Below, piece by piece: positions 14,501-29,732 of a stretch of 64,000 bases of DNA (positions are counted from its first letter, which is position 1; the number at the start of each line of letters is the position of its first letter). A program made the translations under genes and the position numbers. The stretch is from Octopus vulgaris (taxonomy: Eukaryota): positions 151,714,001 to 151,778,000 of the forward strand of contig OX597816.1 of NCBI GenBank assembly GCA_951406725.2. Direction: 5' to 3'. The notes below the pieces were generated by a model, which ran no database searches, was not told the DNA's origin, and saw only the letters and a list, made by a program, of their open reading frames with translations.

Positions 14501-17500
14501 GACATAGAGCTAAACAGTGTTCATCAAAAGAAAAATACACAAAACTAGAGATAGTTCTTATATAACAAGCATTTTGAAGCCATTTTCCTGTTAAAGTAGG
14601 AGTAATGGTAGTAATTTTGCTAGCCTCTAAAGAGTTTTCTTATCATGGTTCCCTTCTTGAGGTAGTTTTATTGTTGGATGCTCTTGCTGTTGCTAACTCT
14701 TTTAATCTTCCCTTTGACATGCATTGGTTCACATATTAAGTGGATCAACCTGTAAAGGAGATGCTACAAGACATCATAGGAGTCCTGTGGGAGGTTGGAC
14801 TCCCTGACAAAGCTGAGCACAAATGATGAGAGCACAGAGATAAAAAGGAAATAAAAAAAGAAAAAGTGAAAAGAAAAAAAACAGAAAAGTAGGAAGGGTA
14901 AAAAAAGACAAAGAGATGATTTGGAAAACAAAATTGTAAAATACTCAGCTGGCACTGACCTCGTATATTGGTATTGATATCAGTGAGCATATCTGGACCA
15001 GCTTCTTTGAGGAGGTGTGCTGTCAGTGCATACTTTTCACTAAAGTTCTCATTGGTAGGATGTACTACAGCATGAACATTCAACTGAAGCATGTCTCCTT
15101 TCCTGAAAATATTATCAATGTAATTCCATAAATGCTTATTTCACAGCCAAGTTATTGTTACTAAAGAAAATCATTAAGGTTTAACCCTTTAGCATTCAGA
15201 TTACACTTTCAAATGTAACATTCATTCACATTGTTTTGAATTAATCATGCATTATCCTGTAGCTTTAAGATTTTGATGATGTGATTGTTTAGTTTTAGAA
15301 TGACATTGTAGAATGGATGTAAACAGCTGAATCTGGCTGGTTTTAACATACAACAGAATATCTGAGTTGGACATGGTTAGTCTAAAAGTAAAGGCATTCT
15401 AATAGAAATGTACACCCACACATATCCAAGTACAAGTGCTTAAAATCATCACCACTAGCAACAAATTCAAACTACTAGACCAGTTGTTGTGGTGAGAGTA
15501 TGACACTCTGATGAGAATAGACAGGACCACTACATATAAATAGTGGAGGTCTGACATAGTCAGTAGTTTGTAGTTTGGTCTTTGAAGTCCAGGTACAGTT
15601 TACAGGATTGTTGGTTTGTTATGTGCTTGTTACTGCCACTGTTTCTATCTTGTATTGCTATAATACTGTTACAGTGTATTCTTTATCTACCATCAACAAT
15701 ATCAACCATACTATGATATTGGAGGCTTAAGGGTATAACATCTGGCGACAAGGATTTTTCAAAGCTCACATTTTGTGCATCATATAAATTGTTAAATTAC
15801 AGAGAACTTATTAGCTGCAGTAATACAGCCTTAAGAGAAGCAACAGGAACAACTACAGGAGTCGCAGAGTTAGTCAAGGAAGTCCGAAAATTTGGTAAGT
15901 TTGTTCATGCCACATGGCATGGCAAACTCGATTTCTGAATTCACTTATAATCTGGAGGAGGGTATTATGTTTCCTGCATACTATAGAATGTATGAGGAAA
16001 TTTTTAACAAAGACTGTAAGTCATGGTTGGACGAGGAGAAAGTGAGGCAATTACAATGCAAGGTAAGCTCTGGTTGAGCATGAATGGTACTGAGCATGAA
16101 TGGCCCAAAAAGTTGAGTGAGATTTGTTTCCAAGAAACTATTGAATTACTCTCAAAGATCTTTTGTGACAAAGTTCGTTATTTAACACTCGAATGGAATG
16201 TTGGAACTTAACAAAAAATGATGATGATGACTTTATTACATAAGCCTGAGTAGTCAACTGTATGTGTGAAAACTTTAAACTCCAGGAACTCACCTAGCAT
16301 ATGCTTAAATCCTTTATCTTTGTACAAGGGCTTACTGAAGATAGAGAAATTTGGGCAAGGATTCTCTCAAAAATGGAGCAAGCAAACCAAGACTTAACCC
16401 TACAGACCAATGCAGACGAATGTCAAACAATGATAAACCTGAAGCACAATGTGAAAAAAATTCAAGAGAAAGATTCTGCAAAAATACAGATCTGTCAATT
16501 CAGAAAGTACAACCAAAAAAAAAAAGTGCCAGGCTCCAATCCATGTTATGGATGTGGAGGCCTATACTCCAGAAAAGAGTGTCCGCTTCATCATCATCAT
16601 CGTTTAGCGTCTGCTTCCATGCTAGCATGGGTTGGACGGTTCAACTGGGGTCTGGGAAGCCAGAAGGCTGCACCAGGCCCAGTCTGATCTGGCAATGTTT
16701 CTACGGCTGGATGCCCTTCCTAACGCCAACCACTCCGTGAGTCTAGTGTTGCTTTTTACGTGCCAGACGAGGCTGGCAAACGGCCACGATCAGATGGTGC
16801 TTTTTACGTGCCACCGGCACGGGGGCCAGGCGATGCTGGCAACGGCCACCAGAAACTTGGTCACAAAAGCTCACACTGCAGGACAAGAATACAGGGGTCG
16901 AATGCAAAAGTTCTAAGGTGTTTTCAGCAGAAGGTGGATGCAACACAAAAACACGAAAATTTGCAAACATAAAAATAAATGGTGTGAATATTAAACTACA
17001 GTTGGATACAAGTAGTGATATTTCAATCATAAATGTGGATACATGGAGAAAAATTGGGAAACCAAGGTTACATAAAATTGAACATTGCACGTGGCGTGAC
17101 AGGCAATAAATTATATTTCATGGGCAGAATGTGTACAGATGTCACAATTCAAGGAGAAACACATGAAGCAAAAATATTCATTGTGGAGAATATAATCAAC
17201 CTGTTTAGTACACATTAATTGGAGTTATTTGACTTATGGCACCTCCCCATAAGTCCCTACTGCAAAAACATAAATGGTTGTCCCATTCTGAGGAATTGAA
17301 GAGAAAATTGAAAAATATGTTTTCTCAAGTACTATCAGAAGACTTAGGTCTATGTAAAAAGACTGAAGCCTGCTATCAAGTGAAAACGCAGTGCCTGTAT
17401 TTAAATTTAACAGAAAAATGCCATTCATGGCAAATGAAATTGTAAATAAAGAGTTGGACAGACTGGAAAAGAGTGGGATCATCAAAAAGGTGGATTACTC

Positions 17501-20500
17501 TACGTGGATGGCACCCACAGTGTGCATTAAAAAGAAAAATAAGGTTAGGCAGTGTACCAATTTCTCTACAGGATTGAATGACCGCTTAAAAACATGCCAC
17601 CATCCACTCCCGAGTGCGATTAAAAAGTGCGAGTAAGTGGCGAAAGAGCTGGGGATATATAGAGTTGGAGGAGCTACTGGATAGCAATGAAACAGAGGAA
17701 CAGGGGTGTGAGAGCTAGGCATAGTGAATGAAGGAGGAAATGCAAGAGAGAGATGTAGATTAGTTTGTTGGAGTAGGGTGAGGGAAAAGTTTTCTTGTTA
17801 CGTGTGGGTGGAACACCTAGGTCAGGGGCTAGCAGATGGCAATAATAGAGTGAGACAAGGCATGTGGGTAGAACGCACAAGTTGGGGGCAAGCAGAGAGC
17901 AATGATACAGTGGCACTGGGCCAAGAGTACTAGATTAGGGAGTGGGAGGTAATCATAGTACATGAAGCAGAAATGTGAGGAAGAGAAAAGATGTAGAGAT
18001 GTAGTTTACTAAATTACAATTTCAAAATGCAGTATATTCCATCAAAAAAAATTGGTCATGTGGCTATCTATCAAAACCAAATCCCCAAAATACAGAACCA
18101 CCAGAAGATACTGTGATAGCTGCACTGCAGGCAGAAAATGAAATAAAAAGTATTATGATTAATGTTATCCAAGAACTGCCAGTGACTGCATAGGATATAA
18201 GAATGAAATCTGTAGGTAATGAGTATATTACAAAAATGAAAGAAGCTTTAAAAAATAAGAACAAAATTACAAATTTGAGTAGTTTCTCAATATGTGACGA
18301 TATTCTGATGTCTACACAAAGAGTTGTAGTACCAACTACATTACAAAAACATGTATTGCAGCAAATCCACAGCGGACAGCTGATGAGAAGCTATGTCTAT
18401 TCGCTGACTATGGACTGGGATATCGAAAATTTGGTGAGAACTTGTCGAGGTTGTGTGCTCACAACCAAAGCTCCACCAGTAAAAAATCAATCATGGCTAG
18501 AAACTGAGAACCCATGATCTAGGTTACATATCGACTGTGCCAGACCGGTGACTGGCGCTTCCTTAAATTTAGGCACAAGGCCATTTTGAGAGGAGGAGTC
18601 AGTCAATACCATTAATCTTAGTATTTGATTAGTACTTAATTTTATCAACCCAGGGTGGTTGAGAAGCATTTCTGACCTTGGCAGGATTTGAACTGAGATG
18701 AGCTAAAAGAAATACCACACAGTGTATTTTTGATACTTTAATGATTCTATCACCTCACATCCTTCATCTCATGTAAATAAGCCTTTCTATTATAGGTACA
18801 AGGCCTGGATTTTGGGGATAGGGTTAGTCAATTACATGATCCAGGTACTTGACTGGTACTTTATTGATCTCAAAAATATGAAAGGTAAAGTCAATCTTGA
18901 TGGAATTTGAACTCAGAACAAAGCAAGAAGAAAAACTGCTAAGCATTTTGTAGAAATAATTCTGCCAGCTTTTCACCTTAACTCATACTAATGATAAACT
19001 TTAATTTTGAATGACAAAAAGTTGGTTTCAATTGGTTAATCTAATTTGTTCTGTTTTAAGAAATAAGATATTAAATGATATTATTGTAAGAGAGATTGTT
19101 TGGTTGACAAAGTAGATATAATAATTGAGTATTATACAAACAAAATTTGTTCTTCAACCCATAAAGCGCAGGGATTTGCACTTACATAGCATAAACGACT
19201 GAGCACATTTTATGAAAATGAGACTACCATGCATGCATAAAAAACAAAAAATAGTTTAAATATCTTCTTAGTATATAATAGCAGCAAGTTTTATATCATC
19301 TGAAAAGTCATTAGTTGAACTATTAGCCCTCTTGCATTCTGGGGGTTGTTGGAACGTTTGAGTGACATTAGATACCAACAAACGCCTATAAATTAAATGC
19401 ATCTATCTGGGCCACGATCATGGCTTGTTGCGCTTTGCGTGTTAATAAAATCCAAAGTCAAAAAGGAGAAAGTAGAAGGCTAGAGTTAGAGTATTATTAC
19501 TTCAGGCAAAACTATCACTTATACTAGAGACATTTCCAGTCAGACACTTGAGCAGTGCTTGAGGGTAGACAAAATTAAACTGAGCTTTAGAATATAGTAA
19601 TTAAATGCAGATTAGCAACTCTGAATTAAACAGGATGTTGATAGACAACTGATATACACATGATAATATATTTATAAAGCTTAGTCATTAGCTGAAAGAT
19701 TGATGGTATCTTTAGTCAGCCTTCTGAAAAGATCATGATCAAATAGACAGGACTACAATAATTTCAGCTATTACTTTCTCATAATCACATATCGTAACCA
19801 TAGGATATTAAGAAGAAGGGGAGAACTATATGCTACTTCATTTTCAGCCTGCAGCTATTAAACCATGCACAGACAACCTGCGATATTTGGGCTGCATGTG
19901 TCTACGATTTTTCAGTACAACATGTGTAATGTCTTGTTTATATAAATGTTAATTTTTTACTAAAATTTTGTACTGTAATTTGTAGGCTTGGCTCTTAATT
20001 CGATCAATCTTATTTCTTTCATTTACTCAGGTTTTCCAATGATCACATCTTTATGATTTGCTGAATGTTATATGTGATGCACTTTTGTGTTACAAACAAT
20101 TTTATGTTAAATTATTCTTTTTGTATTGTTGGTTATACATTGTCTAGGTTTGTGTTAAACTAATAATGAAGATATTAATGTTAAATTAATGATTCTGATG
20201 ATGAGAAAACCAAAAAGTGAGTCAAATGTAGTTATATTTAAAACTGAAATATTTACACCACTACCATCTGAAACTAGGTGACATAAGCTAAATGGAGAAA
20301 GGTGGGGGTAAAAGGTATTTGGATATAATGACAAGTTCTATTTAGAAAGTGAGAATGGATGCATCATGTGCTTTGGCTGTGTGTGTATGTGAGTGCATGC
20401 ATGCAATTGTGTGTCATCATTTTATGTCAGCTTTCCCAGCTGGCATGAGCTGGACGGTCACCATGGTCCCGTGTCAGCTTTTATTTGGAGTTACAGCCCC

Positions 20501-23500
20501 ACTAGACATGGCATGGGACCACGTCTTGCTTGTATGTTTATTTTAGCATGGTTTGTGTGGCTGGATGCCCTTCCCAACACAAACCACTGTTGAATGTACT
20601 GAGTTCATTTTAATGTGGCACCAGCACTAGTAAGGTTACCATGTACTCTACAAGAGAGGAGTCTGTCCCAATCAGAATAATGTAGCCAATATAGAGAAGA
20701 AAAGAGAGGGCCACTGTAAAGATTGATCTAGGGTTTGTGGGTGAAGGAGAGAGAGTATGGAGGTGGAACCAGAGTGGTTAGGATGATGGCATGGAAGAGA
20801 AGACAGAAATAGAAGGGACAGTGCTAGAGCAATGAAAAGGCAGAGAGTGTGAGAGAGAGTGTCTGTGTGTGTAATGACACAGGTGGAATAATGGCAGTCA
20901 CAACAATGTAAGTAAGAGAAGAGGGTGAAATGAGAGGCAGCACGTGAGAAATAGTAAAGGGTTATGGGAAAGAGACATTAATGGCAGCTACATATTTGCA
21001 GTTAAGACTGATGTTTATATACTAGACTATTTCTCAGTACATTCTTATTCTCTCTTATTGTAGACAAGTCAATAGTTATAACTATTTATATGTATACAAA
21101 TAATTATAATGACAAAATGAAAAAAAAGATAGAAGCATATAATTTATAGGCTTTTGTTGGGGTCTATTCTAAGAAACAACTGTTCAAGTGATAGATTCAA
21201 TTATTTTATAAAATAATTATCTGAGGATGCTATAAAATTGAGGTTTTAAACTAAAACTAGAAATGCAAAACGTCACTGATAAGTTTGAAACTAAACAATG
21301 CCCAGTTGGAGCAGTTGTCAAAAGTGAACAACTAAAGAGCAGCATTCTCAGCTGTATATATTCTTTTATTTATTTCAGTTATTTGACTGCGACCATGCTG
21401 GGGCACTGCCTTTAGTCGAACAAATCGACCCCAGGACTTATTCTTTGTAAGCCAAATACTTATTCTATTGGTTTCTTTTGTGGAATTGCTAAGTTACAGG
21501 GACGTAACCACATCAACATCAGTTGTCAAGCGATGGTGGAGAGACAAACACACATATATAGATACATATACAAGCTTCTTTCAGTTTCCATCTTCCAAAT
21601 CCACTCACAAGGCTTTGGTCGGCCAGAGGCTATAGTACAAGACACTTGCCCAAGGTGCCATGCAGTAGGACTGAACCCAGAGCCATGTGGTTGGTAAGTA
21701 AGCTAGTTACAACACAGTCACTCCTACACATAGGACTTTTTTATACTCATTTTCTGTGCTAGTTTGAAGGACAGATGGAACTTTAAAACTTGGAAACCTT
21801 TCCTGCCAATAAATTTTTCATTAAGTAGAAAGTGGAATCTTTTGCAAGTCAAGCATACTGAGGCAAGCAGACTTAGGTGCCATATTCGATAAGAGTGCTT
21901 AGATTTGAATTCATGTGGTCAGTAACATTCTTGTGCCTGTAATATATATTTCTTACTTAGGTACAAGGCTTCCTCACATGCATAGCTAATTGAATGGATT
22001 TCAATACATATCTTATTGATCTTGAATAATGACAGCCAACATTGACACCAAGTTGGATGTCAATTCAGAATGTTGAGGAATGGAGTTATAAAGATATCTT
22101 ATAGTTTTTTTGTTTTTTCGTTGCAGTCCAACACCTTATCAGTTTATTCTTTTAGTCTCTATTTCAGCCAATGCTCAGTGGCCATATGGGGCACTCCCCA
22201 CAAGGGTTTAAGTTGATCATTTTGACTCCATTACTTATTCCTTATTTCACTGGATGATCAAGAAGCATTTTGACACATCACTTGTTATACAGGTGAATAT
22301 AAACACACTTAAACACATGATCTTGGACGGTTACTGTCTACCAAATTCAATTCACAAAATATAGGTCAATCTGCATTAAAAAATAAAATATAAATATCCA
22401 ACTAAAAGCAAAACGAAAAGTTAACCTCTTTACACAGAAGTTGCTTTACATTAAAATAAATTTTTAATATATATACATACATACATACACACACGCACAC
22501 ACTGGCATTGACAAAAGCAGTGTGAGGAGTACATCAAAAATAGATAATGAATTACAAAAACACTGATAATTTATCAAATGTAAATTTGTTTTTCAAAATA
22601 TTCTATTCTTATAACCATATCCTAATAATAAATATTTCTAAATTAAGTACAAGGCTGGCAGTTTTGAGGGGAGGAAAATTAGTTGATTACATTGAGCCAA
22701 GTACTTAACTGGTATTTTATTTTATTGATCTCAGAAAGGTTGAAAAGTAAAGTTGATATCGGCAGAATTTGAACTCAGAATGTAAAGAGCTGCAAAGAAC
22801 TTTTTCCAACACTAACAGTTCTGCAAACCAACTAACTGACAATGTTTCTAATATATGCACAAGGCCAGCAATTTTGAAGGAGGGGATTAGTTGATTAAAA
22901 TGACTCCAACATCTGAGTGGCATTTTATCATTCTATTTTATCAAATCTGAGAGAAGAAAAGGCAAGGCTGACCTTAGTGTGATTTGAACTCAAATTATAA
23001 AGTGCTGAAACAAATAGTGCAAAAGTTTTTGTTTTATTTTTTTGACACTACTGATTATACCAGTACACTGCCAACAATAATAATATTTTCTGCTATAGGG
23101 ACAAGGTCTGAAAGCCTTGATACTCAACTGAATGGATGAAAGGTAAAATTAACCTTGGTGGAATTTGAACTCAGAACATAAACCTGGAAGAAATGCAACT
23201 AAGCATTTTATCCACTGTGTTAATGATTCTGCCAGCTCACTGCCTTAATAATAATAATCCTTTCTACTTATGACATGCATAAGATCTGGTCATCAAATCT
23301 AAGTAGAGATTTCAAACTTAAAATCTTCAAAGCCACAGTCAAACCAATTCAACTATATGGCTCAGAAACCTGGATGTTATCAAAGAAGCTTGAGAGACAG
23401 TTGGATGGAACTTACACTCGCCTCCTTATGAGAGCTCAAAATCTCTCGTGGAAGCGTCATCCAACCAAAGTACAAATATATGGGAAACTACCACCTGTAT

Positions 23501-26500
23501 CATCTCTTGTGAAAGGTAGGAGAGTCCTGTTTGCTGGACATTGTTTTAGAGCTGAAAACGAGGCAATTTCTACTCTTCTCCTCTAGAAGCCATCTACTCA
23601 TGATACCAGAGGGCGCACACTCTCCTACCCTGATGTAATCTCCAGGGATACAGGCATCCAGCAACAGGACCTCCGTAATGCCATGATGGACTGTGAAGTC
23701 TGGCGTAGCATAATAAATTCCATTGTCTCGACCACGGTCGAACAATGATGATGATCTACTATAGGAACAAAGTCTGAAATTGAGGGAAGGGGATAGTTGA
23801 TTACATTGACTCCAGTCTTCGGCTGGTACTTTTTTCATCAACCCTAAAAGGATGAAAGGCAAAGTTAACTTCAGCAGAATTTGAACTCAGAATGTAGCAA
23901 TGGATGACATGCTGCTAAGCACTTCGCCTGGCATGCTAACGAATATTAGTAGTAATAATAATAATAGTATTGTGGTATAAAAGATGGGCTACAACAAATA
24001 TTCTGTAGTAAAGATTGTTTGCCAACATAACATGGCAGTCCTGGTTTAGGATTAATGTTGCTGTAATTTAGCCCTAGGAGACATTGTCTCCAGCTGGCTA
24101 TATGACACGATCCGTGTCCTTACATTTTTGAACAAGGGAATCTAGCATCCCCAATCAGCTCAAAACAATATCTGTGTATCGCGAGAGGTGGCACTGCCAA
24201 ATTCCCATTTGAAATATATAGTTATCAAAGTGACAACTAGTCACTGATTTATAATTTAGAAAATTAGTATTTTTTAATCTCACAATGAGATATTCAGCAA
24301 CAGTACTTTGTAGTAAAGATGTCTCCTGGGGCAAAATTACAGCAACATTAGTCCTAAAACAGGACTGCTATGTTATATTGGCAAACAATCTTTACTACAA
24401 AGTACTGTTGCTGAATATCTTACATTGTGAGATTAAAAAATAGTAATTTTCTAAAGCAAATATTCTGTTCAATACCACAGATTTGTCAGTTGCTTGACTT
24501 TAACCAGTTAAGCATGTCCCTTAGTGACTGACAATATGTATATCTCTGATCATGAGCAGTAGTTGGGGAGTATCATAGATATGTGTTGAGAGGAATTCTT
24601 TGGGGTTTGAATAATTCACCTCTGGAAACATGGGTGGTTCTTTCAACATCCTTAAATAAACCTTACACAGGAACCTTTTGAGTGGGATGGGCTATTTGAC
24701 CCGAAGAAAATTCTAACTGGGTCCCACCTGCAAGGTCATGCACTGTTTCTCTTGATATGAGATCACCATGTCATGCACATATGGTTGTGATGCATGTGCC
24801 TGACATTGGAAACTGGACATTGTAGTGGTAAATAAAAAAGAAAGCACACACACATAATGATTGACATAGCATGTCCCAGTGACAACAGGATCAAAGAGAA
24901 AGAAGAAGAAAAACTGAACAACTATGACAATTGAAAGTGGGGAAAAAATGGAGGTTGTGGTCAATGGGGAGAGTAGACATGATACCAATAGAAACAGGTG
25001 CACTTGGAAGTATCAGCACTCAACTACCAACATGCTTAAAAAAGATTTGTGCAAGTGTGAAGGTAGAACTGCAAGAATTCTTTGTGGGGTTCTTGAAGCA
25101 TGACTAATAAACTTAGTCTGCTGGCTCTGGACAGATGATACTTTCTATCATACCCAGCAAAATAAGCTGAGAGTTTTCATCAAATAATAACAATAATAAT
25201 TATCTTATTTGCCAAGAAGCAACATTGAAACATGACTAAAACAACATTGTAATAAAAATGTTTAGCCTGTCACTCATAAAAGCTCTTTTATATGTACAGG
25301 TTATGTTTGGCGCATGACTTCAGGAGATCTAGAATATTTAGTTGGTTGCTATAGACTTCTTTATAAAAGAAACTTGCGAGATGAGTATTTTAAGCTTTAA
25401 AATAAATTTCTCTTTTGTCTCATTTAACTTTGATAACAAAAATAGAAAAATAAAGTTTTTCAGTCAATGACTGAAAAATAATGGAGTAAAAAAAAAAATG
25501 AATAAAATAACAATAAAATAGGAAAAATAAAAGAGTAAAATGAAAAAAAACAACCTATAAACATTTTTATCATTTCCAATTTTAACACAAAGCCACATAT
25601 TTTTAGAGACAGTCATAGTCACAATTCAACCTATACTTGATTGGTGTTGCTATTTCAATAAGCTTCAAGAGGATGAAAGACAAAGTTAACATCAATGGGA
25701 TTTGATCTCAAAATGTAGAGGGATGTAAGTAAATACTGTAACTTATTCAGGACACGGCTACCATAGCTCTAGTTGATTCTACCATTGACTGTCCTAATAA
25801 TAATTTCTAACATTAACACAAGACCACAAATGTTGCCAATTATATCAGTCTCTATATTTGACTGGTACCTTTTTTTGTTGTACTTTACTGAGAAAGTAAA
25901 GGGACATTAGTAAATACCACACACCAGTTTATCTAATGCCCTACAATACTCTTATTTGCCACCATCATTGTTGCTTGATGTCCATTTCCCATGCTAGTAT
26001 GGTTTGGACAATTTGGCAGGAGCTGACAAGACGGAGGATTGCACCAAGCAACAATGTCTTCTTTAGCATGGTTTCTACAGGTCAAAGCCCTTCCTAATGT
26101 CTATCATTCAAAAAGTGTACTAGGTGTTTTTCACATGGCGCCGGCACAAGTGAGGTCATCAAGTAATTTGCAAAATAAGACCTCTCAACTGAAGTAGAAA
26201 TGCGGTATTGATGGAAGTGGCTTTATGTCAGATGAGAGGTTAAAGTATGTTAGAGAGACAGAAACAGATGTCTTGCTGTAGAGGAGATACATGGGTACTC
26301 TGGTTGGAAAAAGAGAGATGATGGTAAAAGGCTGTCAGAGCATACCCTCAAGTTACAAGAAAGGTGAGACTAGAAGTGGTTCAGAAGACTGGACGAGGTG
26401 AACTGGCAGATTAAGTTATAACAAAGACACAAAATGTTCTAAGGATTTTACCAATCTATTGCCCTTATTTCTAATTTAGGTTTAAGGCCAGAAATGTTGA

Positions 26501-29500
26501 TAGGAGGGGGTTAGTTCATTATATCAACCTCAGCACTGTACTAGTACTGTATTTTATCAACCCCTGAAAGATGAGAAACGAAGGTAGATCTTGATACGAT
26601 TTGAACTCAGAATGTAAAGGCCCAGTGCAAATACCGCAAGGCTTTTTTTCTGATGCTCAAATGATTCTTGTTTCTTTTCAGCCAAAGTAAAAGTAACCTG
26701 TCAAGGAAGTCGGACACTTCAAAGAAATCCAATAAATGTTTTGCTTTAATTACACAAAGGAGATGTGGATTCAACAAACTACATCAAAGGCAATATGTCC
26801 AGAGGATCAGTAACTCAGAATAAAAATTAACACAAGGTAGAGGGCAGGCAGTACTAGTGGTATGGTGAAATACACCCAATCCATGCTATAAAGTGTTTTT
26901 TATCTATTATTATGTGTATCCAATGATGAAGGAACATGGCGATTTGCTGTACTTGAAAAGATACATCAAGCTAAGTAAAATCGCTTTCTTCCATGCATAC
27001 ATACATTTCCTTTCAGATACCAGTGCCACATAAAAAGCACCCAGCACACTCTTAAGTGGTTGGCTTTAGGAAGAACATCCAGCTATAGAAACCATATCAC
27101 AACAGACAATAGGAGTCTGGACAGCACCCAGCTGACCAGCCCCATGTCAAACCATCCAGCTCATGCCAGCATGGAAAACGGGTGTTAAACGATGATATGC
27201 AGTGCTGATAAAGGCCTGTCCAACTCATTCCAGCATGAAAAACAGAAACTGATGTAAATTATAATGATGATGATGCATAGCATTATATTAACAATAACTT
27301 CTAACTTTAGCACAATTCGACACCTTCTGGGATTGGGAAGAGTTGATTAAATCAAAACCAGAAGTAGGCTAGTATTTATTTTATTGATGTTGGAAAGATG
27401 AAAGATAAATTTGATTCCTGTGTGATTTCATATCAGAACCTAAGGGAACATAAATACTACAAAGATTTAATACATGGCTCTACCAGTTCTGCAATCTAAT
27501 ATCCTTACTTCAATAAGGATGTTTTTAATTTAAGTGCAAGGTCATAGATCTTACAGGAAGTAACGGTCAATAATATCACTCCCAGTGTCTGATTATTACA
27601 TCACGCATCTCAGTGGTCATTATGTGCTTGAAACATCATCATTCAAATGTCCACTTTTCCATGTTTGCATGGCTTGGAAGTGAATTTTCTACAGCCAGAC
27701 AACCTTCCTATCACCTGTTTCCAAGCAAAGTGATATTTCCCCAAGACTAGCCATGTTTACATGGAAGACTGGAAATGAAGAACAATTGCTTGCATGACAG
27801 TGACACTTGTTAACAACTACCAAGACTAGAAGACAGTAATGCACATACACGAGGATAGCAAACTGGCAGAATCATTAGCATGCCGGGCGAAATGCTTAGC
27901 GGTATTTCATTTGCCATTACGTTCTAAATCCAAATTCTGCCGAGGTCGACTTTGCCTTTCATCCTTTCGGGGTCGATTAAATAAGTTTTAGTTACACACT
28001 GGGATCAATGTAATCGACTTAACCCCTTTGTCTTTGTTTGTCCCCTCTATGTTTAGCCCCCCCCCCACTGTGGGCAATAAAGAAATAAATAATGCAAACA
28101 CACACATTCATATGAATACATGTATAAAAATATATGACAGGCTTCTTTCAAGTTCTGTCTACCAAATCCACTCACAAGGCTTTGGTCAACTTGGTGTTAT
28201 AGTAGAAGACTCTTACCCAAGGTTGCCATGTAGTGGGACTGAACCCAAAACCATATGGTTGGAAAGCAAACCCCTTGCCATATAGCCACGTCTGAACAAA
28301 ATATAACATGCAATGAAGTCTAAGTTCAAAATACATGAAGCACACTTCAAATATCAATATAACATTGGAGCCAATGCAGGACCTTAGGTATGTCACTCCA
28401 CATCTCATACAACTAGCATTAATAGCTCTGAAGTTCCATAAGTGGAATACTCATAGCTGGGTGGTAGCAAATTCAAGTAAAGAACCTGGTTTACAATACT
28501 TGGAGAACATCATCTACTTCTACAAACTGGATAGCTGTCACCCAGCACAACTCCTGCTAGACCATTATACAAAACATAAAGGATGCTTCCATGCATTGTA
28601 CAGTCTGCAACCCTACTACCTCTTAAATTGCAGCTGACCATTTTGGTCAAGAAGATTTCTACCAATTTTGTGGACTCCTCTCTACTTTTCAAACACTTAT
28701 CCTGCAAGAAGAGCCTCCACACTTGATGTCCACCAGTCATCCGACTTAGTACTCGAATTAAATCTCCTCAAAAACTAGCCATTGCTACTTTGCTAGACTC
28801 ACATTCCATGTACAAAAGCACCGCGCCCTTGATAACCCTTTCCCTGTAGTAATGCAATGATGACTCAACGAAACAACTATCTTGATCTGCCATGTGCTGA
28901 ATGCATTTTATTTTTTATTTTATTTATTTTTGTGAACATGTACAAAGTACATATTCACACCCATCTTACATCGAAGATGATAATACAAAATCAATCACAT
29001 TTCTAGCGAGTATGTGTAATAATTAAAACGTGTCATCCCTGCTATCCGACAGACATCGAAAGTATAAACATTTTGCATAACTATTAAACCAGTACATACT
29101 TTTAAATCACTTTTATCACTTAAATCAGTACATACACCAACCAGCTGTACACAATGTTTTGACAGAGAGAATACATCTGGTTCATTGCACAATAACACTA
29201 CTTTCATACTCCCATTTGAAGAATTTATAAACAATCGGATTGGCAGTACCATTAGAGTCTGCAATATTTCCTTACGGTCCTTTATGTTCTGAGTTCAAAA
29301 TCAAGTTTACCTATCATTCTTCCAGGGGTACATAAAATAAAGTATCAGTGAAGTACTAGAGTCAATTAAAAATGCCTATAAAGCATTCTAGATCTTAATA
29401 GAGCTATAATACAAGACTATGACTATAATCATCTGGTCTGTACGAGATTTCAATTTGTTCGATAAAACCTTTAATAGCTATGCAGAAATTCTATAAAAAC

Positions 29501-29697
29501 TCAATACAAAATATTGTGTAAAAGCTGTTTCTTATTCAGTCAGGTTTTTCTTTATATCCTTGCTCTAAAGACATGTATTAAATATTACTATATAGTATTT
29601 AGAAAATTAACATTACAAACTGTAGATACCTTTTAAAAATTTAAAATCTAGAAGTAATAACATTTTGGACTATTATTTATAAATAAATAAATAAATA

Positions 29698-29732
<35 letters not shown>

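Noticed and set aside
15508-15530. CTGATGA in the gypsy LTR
   Set aside because: No GAAA or stem II/III partner
28335-28740. Overlapping 100-aa and 76-aa ORFs
   Set aside because: No recognisable motif or splice support; probably decayed retroelement sequence
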